From Chromera velia (taxonomy: Eukaryota), in the NCBI GenBank assembly GCA_018398765.1, contig JAHBMJ010000300.1:1-50937 (forward strand): DNA of 50,937 nucleotides. Direction: 5' to 3'. Position numbers and translations under genes: made by a program. Shown piece after piece: positions 13,604 through 25,211 of the stretch. How positions within the stretch are numbered: the first letter of the stretch is position 1; every line of letters begins with the position of its first letter. Below the pieces are notes generated by a model. That model did not search any database and was not told the origin of the DNA. It was given only the letters and a program-made list of their open reading frames with translations.

Positions 13604-16600
13604 GAGGTTCATCGGTGCACAGGCAAAGTGAGAGAAAAAGGAAATAGCACGTGGTAGAAGCTTGCGAAAGGATGGGAGGAAATGAAGAAGTGCCGTTGGA
13701 GGTATGGATCCCAGGACGCAACGCGTCGTTTTTTTCTTGTCGACATCTTTATTGGCATTCTGATGGAGGATACTTGATTCGCTTTTCGGCCTTTTCATTC
13801 GATGCACGCGTTTCCCCCCCCCCCCATCTCTTTGAGAATCACTCAGAGGGAGGTTGGAACTGCGGAAGATCAGGGATTGAGACAAGAGGAGAAACCCGAA
13901 CTCAAAGAGGAAGAGGGTATGGAGAGGTGAGAAAGTGAACGACATTCTCCTGTCAGCTGCCGAGACAATTGCAGATGGCGCGTCTGTGCTTCAGCTAATC
14001 CGCCTTCAGCTTGTCAGCACGTACATCGAGAAATTGGACAGAAGAAAATATCACGAGCGAAGGGTTAGGTCAGTGACTGACCACAGTTTCTGCCCCCGCA
14101 CGTGCGGCGAGATGGAGAGGAGTAAGTCTGCATACACACGCCATACATGCAACCGAGATGTAAAGGAGATGAATGTCCAAATCAGAACACCCCCAGAGCA
14201 CATCAATTTAAGGAGTTAATCACATTGACGAGATCAAGTCAGAATTAACGGAAGTGGCAGACAGAAAATAAGATCTCCCTCTCTGATTGGAATGCAACGC
14301 GGCCTACCTTCTCACTTTCTCTTCTTCCAGGCCCTTTTCTCTTGAAGAAACGAAACTACATTTGTCTGCGTTTTGCATAACCCATTCATGCACTCTGCAA
14401 CAACCGAACGAAAGAGACCGACCCTGCGATTGTGGTCTTGTTGACGTTCACCTTGTGGTCGTTGACTAGAGAGGTTACGCAGCGTCTCTGATTTCCCATC
14501 GCTGCAAAGTGGAGGGGTGTGCGGCCTGCCGAGGAAGAAACAAAGCGGCAAAGAGGAAAAAGAATGTACAAACCGGCACACACTGGGGACAGAAAGGAGG
14601 GAAGAAGAGAAATTAACTAACGGAAGATTTTCTTTCAGGCTTTGAAATCTGTTTGGAATTGACAGTTTCACCTCAGTTCCTGTCTGTCCATCAGCCTAGC
14701 CAGCCATTAGGCAGAATACGTACATGCCGCGTCTAGCCAATCCCACCAGGAACTGCTTCACACAGAAATCGTTTTCTTCCTTCGTCTCTCTGTAGCTCTA
14801 CCCCATTGGCAGGCAGCTAGAGGAAATGGAAAGAGACTTCAGATTCCAGCAGAAGATGAGATGAGAGACGGACCGAGCTTCGTCTCTGCATCTGCCTCCA
14901 CTCCTCTTCTGATGGCTGTGTTCATCACGTGAACCTCTCCGTGGAAAGCGGCTGCATACATATTCGTGTGTGCACTTTTAGCATGCATGCATCATCAAAA
15001 AAGATTAATCGGTGGGCAGAAACGAGACAAGGGAAGATAATTGAAGAAGTGAAACGACAAAGACTCGCTCACCGCTTCGCCAAAGACTCCAAAAGAGGAC
15101 TCTGTTGAAGCTCTCACCTGTCCAGACCCCTTTAGTGAAAAACGCAAAACGACAAAAATCAGCCCATCGCTTCTGTGTATGGCTCAGTAAGTGGAAAGAC
15201 AAAGTCATGAAACGATGCTGTTCATAGTGCAGTCTTGTTTAGGCTCTCCGCAAAACCCACACGATCGCTTTGAATGAGTTGAGGCACCTTCCTTCGTGGC
15301 AACTGAATCATTCTTTACCATACGTATGTGACAGGTAAGCTCGAGGTGAATCGAATCAGCAAACAAGGGCTCAAGATGGGCTGAGAGGGGCACGCAGAGG
15401 CTCTTTCGGCAAAGAAGACAAAAGAATCCAAAAAAAGAANAAAAAAAACAACAAAATAATAAAAAAGCAGAACCGACCTGCGTGGACAATTGTCTGTAGG
15501 CAGAAAGACAGACAGACAGACAGAGTGGAAAGGAGAGAAAGGAGAAGGAGTCCAATGGCTTTTCAGCTTCAGAACAGACGGCCTCTCTCCAAAGCGCCCT
15601 CCCCAGCAAAATTTCTTTTGGGCAACGCGTACGCATTGTGTCGTCCCCAAACCTCATTGCGTGAGTAAAAAACGAAAGGGAAAAAAAGAAAAAAGGACGA
15701 AGCAAGAGACAGCAAGCAAGCAAGAGAGGGACATTTCTTGTTTTGGCCTTTCGCTACGACTTCATCCATCCATCCATCCCGATTTTTATCCCCTCGATCG
15801 TTTAGTCAATTAATGCATTCGACTGACTCTTCCCCCCGTCTTCCTCCGACTGCCACTCAGTTCAGTGACAGTGTAGACTGCTTTATATGTATGTATGTGT
15901 GTGTGTGTGTATATATATATAAACGAACATCTCCATCCACCTGCCTGATTGCCTGAAGGGAGAAGTGGGCCTACCATTCCGCTGTCCTCGTCCTTCTTGG
16001 ATATGTCGACGTCTTCAAACTCAGACAGGGTCCGCAGCTTCTCCCAGTCGGGGGTCTCCTTTCGCAACTCGGCGTCAAACTGCAAACAGCTAGCGCACAT
16101 TGTCCATCCATCCATTCATCCATCGTTCCTTTGGCCGATCGCTCGTTCTTTTTTGGTGTGAAATCACATTTCAGCCGCATGCAGGTTGGGCTGTCCGTCT
16201 CAGGCTGGGTGCATGCGTGACAACTTGATCAGTTCAAATGCGTGCTCGTGAATTCCAGCAAGTCAATGCGTCACGGATCGAACGAGAGGAAACGACACCT
16301 ACATTCAGGATTGGAGATGGTGAGAGTGGGTAGTTTCTCTGATCAGGTCCCAGTCATCAAGCAATCGATTCGGGCGACAGACATTTAAATACAGATGGAA
16401 ACGAAAAGAGCACATGCAAACCCAAGAGGAGCAGCATACATGTGTGAGTGCAAGAGGCATTGAGAGAGATTTAATCCCGTCCGCGTCTGTCCATCATTCT
16501 CCCACTGCGTGCTGGGAAGGACACGTAGATGTGCATCCTTATACATGGGCAGAAAGGAACAGCAAATTAAAGCGACCAACCTGTTGCTGCAGATTGCGTG

Positions 16601-16628
16601 CCAGCTGATCACTTTTGCCCCCAGACAT
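12684..16628 (-). CDS. Ankyrin-repeat protein, 241 aa, 9 exons, Ala/Gly/Glu-rich tail
   Basis: Exons 16628-16581, 16079-15975, 15493-15478 (16 nt), 14951-14874, 14525-14423, 14127-14082, 13442-13418 (25 nt), 13179-13073 and 12881-12684, all phase-consistent (726 nt). Ankyrin motifs [39 protein letters not shown] and HRPIDLA. Confidence 0.92.
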
Positions 16629-17311
16629 TTTCGCGGCCAGAAGTGATGGGGACTTGAAAGAATAAGGGCAGACAGCCCAACCAGGCCAAGTCTAAGCCAA
16701 TCAAGTGGACGGGTGTTTCTGTTGGAGGTCCCTCTGAATGAAGTTCTGAACAGACTTGTTGATCGTCAGTCTGGTTTTACAAGCATGCGCTTTGTTTATT
16801 GGATCCCCACCTTGCTAACGCGGTCGTTTTTCTCCCTCGCCGGGTTCATTTGAAGACTACCAGCGTTTGTGAAAGGGACATCTCAGCCACCATCTCAAGA
16901 TCTTGTACAGTGTGATGCGGTTGCACATCTCGACTGAACAGTTTTCTCCGTACGCGTGTCGATCTAGCTTATAATTTTCATTCGATGTATATATAGCTGC
17001 GCGCAATGATGCATGCATGGATTTTTCCGCCAATACATTGAATCTTAATTTGTGCTCCGGCATGCCCACGCAAGAGCCTTGCTATACAGGGGCTGCATGG
17101 ATTTTGACGCGGGGTCAGCAGAGGGCCCATGCGGGCCCCCATCGGGCCCCCGTAAAATCTTGACGCACGCACATGCACTCATCGTGAGGAGATGGCGTCT
17201 CCATCTCAAGAATTAATTGAGAACGTTCTGTCGAGCGAAGTCTGTCTCACAGGTCTGGATGGTGATGGCCGAAGGAGCAGTCTTTCCAGAGTAGCCGGAG
17301 GAGAGCACGCG

Positions 17312-19528
17312 ATGATGTGGAGGTCTCTATTTGCTTTGTCTCAACTGGTCGCGCTCCCGTCTCTGGGGCAAGCGAAGGGGCAGAAGGCATTCCAATGCCT
17401 CAGAGCGCGAATTAGGGGGGATTGGAAGCACTGTCGTCATGATCGAAACATTCGCATTCTCAACACTGAGACGGGCTCTGATGAAATCACTGGGAGGATT
17501 GGCCTTGGTTCAGTCGTCGATGGTGGCAAGAGCAAGAGGAGGGGAGAGGGATCCACCAATCTGTTCTTTCAGAAGGACGGGAGACGGTCGGAGAGTATGG
17601 ACTTCTTCTCTCCCATCGGAAGGTCAAACGGCCACTCGATCAAGTAAGCGGCAAGCTGCTGCCCACGTTTGAAGGACTTTTGTGCTGCTATTCTGACCCA
17701 GTCTCGCCGGCTTCTATGCGGAGACGGCAGTTGTGTTCGTTTGTTCAACGGCGTCTCGTCTCTCCAAATATGCAGGAATGAGCTGGACATGCTGACCGAG
17801 AGGGCAGATCCTCAAACACACCTCCACAGCAAGATGAGAAGGAGGTCAAAGACTGTTCTGGCAGCGTCAGTTTGACCTGTGGAGACAGACAGAAGAACGG
17901 GGGAGACGGGATAATAGCTGAGAGGGGGAGAGTGTTGGTGAAAGAGCGCTCAAGTAGTTTGAACAGAAGCGATGCGAATTGCGTGCCTGGGAGGGATCGA
18001 ATGGGCAGGAAACCTCAGAGGCCAAACAGGACACAGAGGGTCGACAGATGCCCCGAGGCAGGCGTGAGACTAGACTGCTTTCTCCTTCCTTCGTTACGGA
18101 TAACCATCCACCCACCGACAGAGACATCTTGGGCTTCGGTCAAGCTTGGGATTGCCTCGTTCATTTTTGTGCTTCTCTTACTTGCTTGCCGTCCCACGAA
18201 GCATGTCGGAATACACAATCATTTGCTCTGACGTGCGTGCGTGCAGGGAAGAGGGCGCAGAGTCGAAGGAAACCCCCAAATCGCCATCTGGGTCGGTGGG
18301 TGGGTGTTTCCGCGTATTCTTTCTTTTCTGATGATTAAGCGTCCTTTGTTCTCCTTCTTTCTTCTTCAACCGTGTGTGCCCTCTCCGTGTCTCCTTCCCG
18401 CATGAGGGAGGGAGCAAGGCGATAACTTTGAGTATGCTGAGTATATTTACTCTCCGCCGTGTTTCTTTTGTGTGTGTGTTCCTGAGTGCAGACTCCCTGG
18501 CGAGATGGACGAGGAATCAATGACACCAAAGGAAAGGGCAATCTTCGAGGCTGCGAAAGAGTGAGTGAGTGAGTCTCTGAGGCAGGCAACCAGGGTGGGC
18601 AGGCAGCTGGTCTCTCTCTCAGTCACTCCTTCTCTCAAACAAACCCCTCTTCTCTTCTTCTCTCCCAACACAGACAGACAAATGTAGAGCGAGACGCAGA
18701 TAGTCAGGCAGGCAGGGAGGCCGGGGGCCAAGGAGGCAGGCAGACCGTCAGACTGACAGGCAGGGAGAAAAAACAACAGACAGAGGTGAACGAGGGCAGC
18801 ACACGCCTTCACAAGCAAGACAGACTGATAGACAAATACAAGAAAGCAACTAAAGCCAGACAGATAGACAGACAGACGGACGGACGGACATACAGACGGG
18901 CAGAATCGAAAGGCAATCAGAAGAAAAGGCGGACGGACTGTCTTAGAGATAGGCAGACAGACTGACGGTCTGCTTTGTCCCTGTTTTTCTCGAGCCGTTT
19001 TCTTCCGCTCAACCCACCGTCTCTGTCTCCTTCACTCCCGGTCTCCCTCCTTCTCTCTTGCTCTGCAGAGCTGCTGTTGCGGAATTTCAAACTTTGAAAA
19101 GCCAGAGTGAGAGGACAGGAACTAAACTCAAGGTGCCAGACTACTCGAGAGACTTTGTGGACAGTAGCAATCGAAACTTGAAGGATGCCTTTTTCGGGGG
19201 AGAGACCGAGGGCGGATTTGATGAGTACTTCTGGAGGGGTGTTCGGCGATGGTCATTTTTCTTCATGTTTTGGTCTCTCATGCTCAACATGTGCTGGCAG
19301 AACCGCCTCTGTCCGAGGTACCGAGACGTGTTCGTGTACACCCTTTTGCCTGCTGTCATATTCTTCATCGGCTTCTCCTGGTATATGGAAAACTTTGGAC
19401 CGCAAGAGAAACGACGAGGCGATCGCCCCCTTTTCGATATTCCGATATTTGGAATCGGATCGGAATACTACGAGGGACTTGACGCCCCTCCCAGAGATGC
19501 GTTTGAACGCAAAGCCTGGGGAAAGTAG
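17312..19528 (+). CDS. 324-aa hypothetical membrane protein with N-terminal signal-like leader and two C-terminal TM segments; candidate bipartite plastid-targeted protein
   Basis: Exons 17312-17643, 17776-17844, 18247-18291, 18492-18560 and 19069-19528, all phase 2 and in frame. N-terminus MMWRSLFALSQLVALPSLGQA-KGQKAFQCLRARIR. Hydrophobic segments WSFFFMFWSLMLNMCW and VFVYTLLPAVIFFIGFSWY. An in-frame upstream ATG at 17192 is an alternative start. Confidence 0.82.
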
Positions 19529-20902
19529 ACTGCATTCAAGCCTAGGTTCAATTAAGCGGTCAGCATCTCCGTCCAGCTGCAGCGCGGCGTCCTTCTTGAA
19601 AACGCACTTATTTGATGTTGAAGTGGTTGGTGCTAGTGTTGGTATGATAGCACTGAGGCGCTGCTTAGCGCTTAAAGAGAGTTTACCTTTATTAAAACAA
19701 CTGTAAGTCCGGAAAACTGAATCAACTCTAAGTTTTGTTTTGTTTTTTGGTTCGGTACATATTTTTTCAGCATTTTTTGGTGGTGGCTCACGGTGACGCC
19801 GCTCACCGGCTTTAACCGCCTCAATTCAATTTCATTCAATTTAATTTACATTAGTAGTTACGTTACATCATCATCATCACCATCACAAGTAAAAATTTAT
19901 AAGGCTATAGGCCCTACTACACCGTATAGACTCCTAATATAGTATAGTATAGTATGTGCACAAAGTTAAAGTGTCCTTTCCTCCAGGGGGGGAATCATCA
20001 TGAATCATCCTGTGTCACCGGATCGATCAATTTTTGGAGTAGTCCCTTCTGAGCAGCCATCTTTCTGAGCAGCCTATAAATCATAGCACTGCATGCAAAG
20101 CGCGGACATATTGTTATTTATTAGTGGCCTGGGAAACCAAGCGGGCCACAGGGTGTGGTCTAAGCCTCAGCGATGAGGTACACCCCCCTGCCATTTGCGG
20201 AGGTGACCTCTATAATACAAAACGGCGACAGTACTCTAGGGCACCACTAAATTACTTATCACTTATCACCGTGACTACTTATCACTTTCATAATTATACT
20301 TAGTAGGCCCACAATTGAATTGATAACTGCTACTTCTACTCGTTTCTACTTGAGCTCAGTGAACTGTAACTTAAGGCTCAAACCTGATGACAAGCTAATA
20401 TGAAAAACTAACTGTTTCTAACTGTTATTGAGTCAAAATTAAGTCTCGATTCGTTAATGATAGGTTCGGGTAGGTTTAAGAACATTTACTGCTTACACAA
20501 ATCTTACTAGATCTTGCTGAAGAAATAGTGAGTATTTGAATTTTCAGAATAAAAAGATCTGACCTCCCTAAACCTAGATACTACTTGAAAGTTGAAGCCA
20601 CACTTTTGGATAAGCTTAAAAGTCCGTGCCGCAAGCACAGATCTTTGAAGGTCTCTTGAAAGCTAAAACCATATATCTGGACGGTGTCTTGACCGTTTAT
20701 GCCACATGCATGGACGGTCTCTTCAAAAAGAGTGCCGTACATATAAATGATCTTGATTATATTTTTTTAAGTGGTCTTTAGGTTCAGGGAGGTAAAGATC
20801 TTACTAAAAGTAACTATAAGAGTTACAAAGAGTACTACGGCTAAGTAAGTGCGGCTAAGTACAGTCGCGACGTCTTTAAACGTCTTTTAGAGGCTACATG
20901 GG

Positions 20903-23604
20903 TGTAGCATAGTGGCTAGCTATACGTTAGCAGACGAGGGCTCATCGAGACAGAGACAGTTAGTCAGATGGAAGGTCTGTCATACTAGGTATTTGTTGTT
21001 ATTCACTCGTTCATTCTGTTTCTGTCAGTCTGACTCTCATGCGACAGAAATACGACTGTTGATTCATATGGCTAAATCGTATGCAATGACGCGCGTGCTT
21101 ACTTCGATCGCGGCCCCGGAACGACGTGTACACACATGGACCGGTTCCATCACAATCGACACGCAAAGGCAGGACGCTCGCTGACGCTCGCACCACGACG
21201 GGCATACACGTCACACATGCCCCTCCCCAGAATGATTGTCCTCGATCATTTCCTTTCCTTTATACAAGCATCGTTCATCCTCGATCATGCTTTATTCATT
21301 CCTGCCTATACTTGAATGAACTCATATAATGAAATGAGAAGCGAACGGATACATATCGATCCTCGTAAGACTGATATCGCGGAATCAAGAAATCAATTGC
21401 ATCTGCATGAGGATAAAAAATTTTGTTTCACATCCACACATACGCTTCGATCGATTGTCTAGTTCATGAATACATGACATGAAAGCTGTGGTCGCAACTG
21501 GACCTGCATGAGCTTGCTCGCTTTGTGCATGCGCGTATGACTTCTGGTGGCAACCATGCCAGTCTCTGTAGGGTCAGACTCGCCAACCCTGTAGCCTCCC
21601 TCTCTCCTCTTTCTGGTGGCAATGCATCTGTGCATGCTCGTCGCACTGTCGACATGAACGACTGATGCTGCTCAATCAATCGTCCACACTTTGAGTACCA
21701 CTGCACAAACATACTACAAGCTGGTCTTTCTACGTTTCTTTATAACTGCTGGTCAGAAGAATTGTCAGCCTTCTCCTTTCTTCTGTCAGACGCAATCTGA
21801 CACACTCTTGCTTCCTCCCCTTCCCTTTGCTTCACTCAGTGATCGACCTAGGGTGGGGTCTGCCTTCACTTCTCGCAGCTTATGCAGGAGGGCACCACAG
21901 GTTGTCTCCTCTGTCTCCTCTTTCTTACTCTCTGTCTCTTCCTCCTTCTCTGCCTGTCTGGCAGCGAATGCGCTTTCGATTTCTGCGATCTGCTGCTCTG
22001 TCAATTCCTCCTCTCTCTCCACTCTTCTGGGGCCTGGCATACGGCTTTTGACTCCTGTCTGGATCGGTCTTTCTGTTTGACGGCGGTTGGGGGAATTGGC
22101 GAACTCATCTTCTTCTTCGCCGTCTCTGTCCTGTCCCTCACTGCACTTACACCCTTCGATGTGATACATGCCTGAGGGGCGGTACACCCACTTGTTGTCA
22201 GACCTCTCTCCTGTCATACGGACCATCTTTGGCTGCCCCTCTGGCCTCCAGATGTCGCTGGTCTCGTCGGAGTTATGACCAAATGACAGGTGTTTTGGCC
22301 CTCTGCCATCTGCCCTCTCTCTCGGCTTCTGAATAATGATAATGTCACAGTCAGGACAGTCTTTTGTACCATGACCTGCGTGCAATGTCCTGTAGAGGAA
22401 ACACCTGTGGAACTCCCTGAGGATCTCTTTCTCTTTATTAGTCAGGGGTGACAGCTTTTGGATATTGTGTTCTCTGCTTCTGTTCGTCTGCTCCAGTGTA
22501 CCGATGTCCATGGGTGCTAGACCAGTGGGATCATATGACATATGACCTCCACCACCGGTCACAGGGGGTGCTTCTGTTAAAGAAAGTGTTCTGAGGTGGG
22601 TTGCTGCTACAGCAAATGAAACAGATAGGTGGGAAACGATCGCGAGTGCTTCAAATGCTACTTCTACTGCTGCTTCGGGGTTTGCGGGTTTCTTTCTGTT
22701 CACCTCCTTTTAGACATTTTCGGGAAGACCCTTCTCGTACTGATATACTTTGTTGCTCATGCTCATGTCAGGGATAAAGAGCATGTTGGAGATGAAGTTG
22801 CTCGTGTACGTCTTGAGATCTGTGTCCGACACTCCCATACACTTCATCCTGTCCAGTTCATCTCGGTGATCATAACGAGTCCGTCTGTCCTAAAAATATG
22901 TCAGCAGGACAGTCTGGAGCTCCAACCACGTCGCAGGCGTGTGCCCATTCTTTTCTGCAAGCTTTACAGCCTTGACTGCATCACCTTTGAGGTGGCTATC
23001 AGCTACACTGAGCAGCTGCGCATCGGTCATACCATGGAAGTCATGGTACTTCTCGCATACCCGGACCCAATCTTCGAATTCCTCAACTATAATTCCAGTA
23101 TAATCTTAGATTGGTTTGATCGCCTTCGCAAAAGCACTGGAAGAAGTGGAATGTAAGTCGCCGAGGATCGCTCTCAGCTCAGTAATCTCTGCAGCCTGAG
23201 CTTGGTACAAGGTTTTTAACTCTTCGAATTCTCTGGTGAAACCTTCCATCCTGACAGAGCAAATTTGGTCGCAACGAGGCTCCTGCTATCACGTATAGCG
23301 TAGTGGCTAGCTATACGTTAGCAGACGAGGGCTCATCGAGACAGAGACATAGTCAGACGGAAGGTCTGTCATGCTAGGCATTTGTTGTTATTCGCTCGTT
23401 CATTCTGTTTCTGTCAGTCTGACTCTCATGCGACAGAAATACGACTGTTGATTCATGTGGCTAAATCGCATGCAATGACACGCGCGCTTACTTTGATCGC
23501 GGCCCCGGAACGACGTGCACACACACGGGCCGGTTCCATCACAATTGATACGTGAAGGTGGGGTGCTCGCTGACGCTCGCACCACGATGGGCATACACGT
23601 TATA
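20903..23604 (-). mobile_element. Non-autonomous gag-only LTR retrotransposon (Ty3/Gypsy-like gag), about 2.7 kb
   Basis: Direct LTRs 20903-21215 (TG...CA) and 23294-23604 (termini mutated to TA...TA). 5-bp TSD ATGGG (20898-20902) / ATAGG (23605-23609). PPT-like GGGGAGGG next to the 3' LTR and degenerate PBS-like TGATAGCAGGAGC next to the 5' LTR. No pol present. Confidence 0.93.
21786..23249 (-). pseudogene. gag pseudogene, 487 codons with 3 in-frame stops
   Basis: One frame: MEGFTREFEELK...EFEDWVRVCEKY...HLKGDAVKAV...ATWLELQTVLLTYF*DRR...YEKGLPENV*KEV... This resembles a retrotransposon gag capsid, followed by a degenerate knuckle RCFLYRTLHAGHGTKDCP. Stops at 23108 (TAA), 22892 (TAG) and 22712 (TAA). 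Confidence 0.85.
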
Positions 23605-23744
23605 ATAGGTCTTCCCTTAGCTACTCGAAAGCTTCCTTAAAGTACCATAAAGTTCTTTTCCACTGGCTTAAGTTTCATTGTTTCCTGCCGTTTAATGTAG
23701 TTTCATGAAAATCAGAATTCTATGTAGAATTATATATGATATAG

Positions 23745-23775
23745 GATTTAACCCTCAATCATCATCATCATCATC
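23745..23775 (+). mobile_element. 31-bp tail-only insertion of the (ATC)n-tailed LINE family
   Basis: GATTTAACCCTCAATC(ATC)n matches the reverse complement of the LINE 3' end at 46516-46545. Flanked by ATATAG duplicates at 23739-23744 and 23776-23781. Confidence 0.75.
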
Positions 23776-23999
23776 ATATAGAATTCTAACTTTAGTTTCT
23801 AAGTATTTCTGAGAAGGGTACTATTGTTTGTAGCTATCAAGCCGAGCTAAAAAACACGTACCGAGCTATTAAAGGCTGAGCTGATTTAGGTCGAAGATAC
23901 ATGTATATTGAGCTCACCGCCAGGCCTAGGCGCCGGTATAGGTTTGTACTCTAGAAGCATACACCATAGGGTCAGAAACCTAGGTACCAACCAAAGCCA

Positions 24000-24880
24000 C
24001 TTGACACGGAGGCCGGGTCGTCCAGATGGAACCTCGATCGATTGCTAATTGACTAACGCCAGGCCTAGAGAGGTAAACACACTTAAGCAAGGGAAGCGAA
24101 GACCCGAAAGAACTGAGGCCGGACATGACACTGAAAGGTGATGCTCTTCTGTTACTGAAAGAAACCCAGAGAAGAAAAATCCCGTCCAGAGACATGACGG
24201 GTCGCGTATGCATACTTCAGAAGGAAACTCATGAAAAGCATGACATGAAAGAAACCACAAGAAAAAACATGGATGCAACATAGGCAGAGCATAAGCAAAA
24301 GCGGTGCCAGAAAGATCCTGAAGTCAGAGCCAAAGCACACCACCCCGCGGCGCATCACGCACCATACACATACTTGCTTTGACAAAAAACAATTAAAATA
24401 ATTAGCATACACAAACAATACTCCCACAGGCAACTTGGATCCACTTTATGGAGTGCATGCAAGCACGCAGACAACAAAACTAACACAGCCCAAAAACGAG
24501 AGACATATAACCATCACAGTCTGATTAACTCCCTTCACGCAGCCGACTCAGGATCCTCCTGCATGAAGCGGTCTCTCTCGTGAGACAGCTGCATGGAAAA
24601 CTCCCGACCGAGAAGAGAGACCGGCTGGAACAGCCCCCTCTGACCCTTGCCATGGAATGCAGAGGTCAGAACATTGATCACCACATATCTCTGCAGCGTG
24701 CAACCGAGGATTTTCCAGTAACGATCAGTCAACCGAGCCTGTACAGCCATCAGCTCACCCTCTGTCGAAAACCCCGCCCTCGAGCTAGCCACACTGACTA
24801 GCTTTTTGACGAAAGAGACAGTCTCCCTGTCCGGACGTCCAAAGGTCTCGAAGACCAATGGGACAAACCGAAGATACGCC
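24000..24880 (-). mobile_element. 5'-truncated CRE-like (RLE) non-LTR retrotransposon: end of the endonuclease ORF (24880-24535) plus putative 3' UTR
   Basis: RFVPLVFETFGRP...VQARLTDRYWKILGCTLQRYV...GQRGLFQP aligns with the C-terminus of ORF 45248-45946 (RFVPLVFETYGRP...VQARLMNYYSKLLSCTLQRFV...GTRGHFQP). The 3' boundary is approximate. Confidence 0.8.
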
Positions 24881-25211
24881 TGCGCGCGCGGTCAGACTGA
24901 GCTATAGCACGCATGACTGCATGGCGCGGGGGGGCCCGAGCTAGCTACCTTTAAATTTCAAGGTTGGAATCGTTCTCTCAGCATGTTCTCAGCCGTTCGA
25001 TCATTGTGGTGCTGTCTACAAATGTCTGTGAATGTCCGGCCCTGGAGGCATGCACATTACAGCAATACCCTTCAGACAGCACACAACCTACTTGATTCCG
25101 TCAGAGCGGGCGCCGGAAATAATTCAATTAAGGCCGGTCTGCTTCGTGATTCGACTTGGTTGCCTGTTGCTCACCGGTGTCGATCCGTGTGAGGGAGGAG
25201 CTAGCGACACA

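Noticed and set aside
22629..23156. 175-aa plus-strand ORF
   Set aside because: Antisense shadow of the gag frame.
21786..23249. TAA/TAG read as Gln (ciliate-type genetic code) in TE ORFs
   Set aside because: Host genes here terminate at TAA/TAG (11103, 12684, 19528, 33711) with no internal TAR. TE ORFs also contain TGA at Arg-like positions and frameshifts, and the same CA>TA change occurs in non-coding LTRs.
23858..24904. Possible TSD TCAAGCCGAGCTA / TCAGACTGAGCTA around the truncated CRE copy
   Set aside because: Three mismatches in 13 bp and several GAGCTA motifs nearby; too ambiguous to fix the boundaries.
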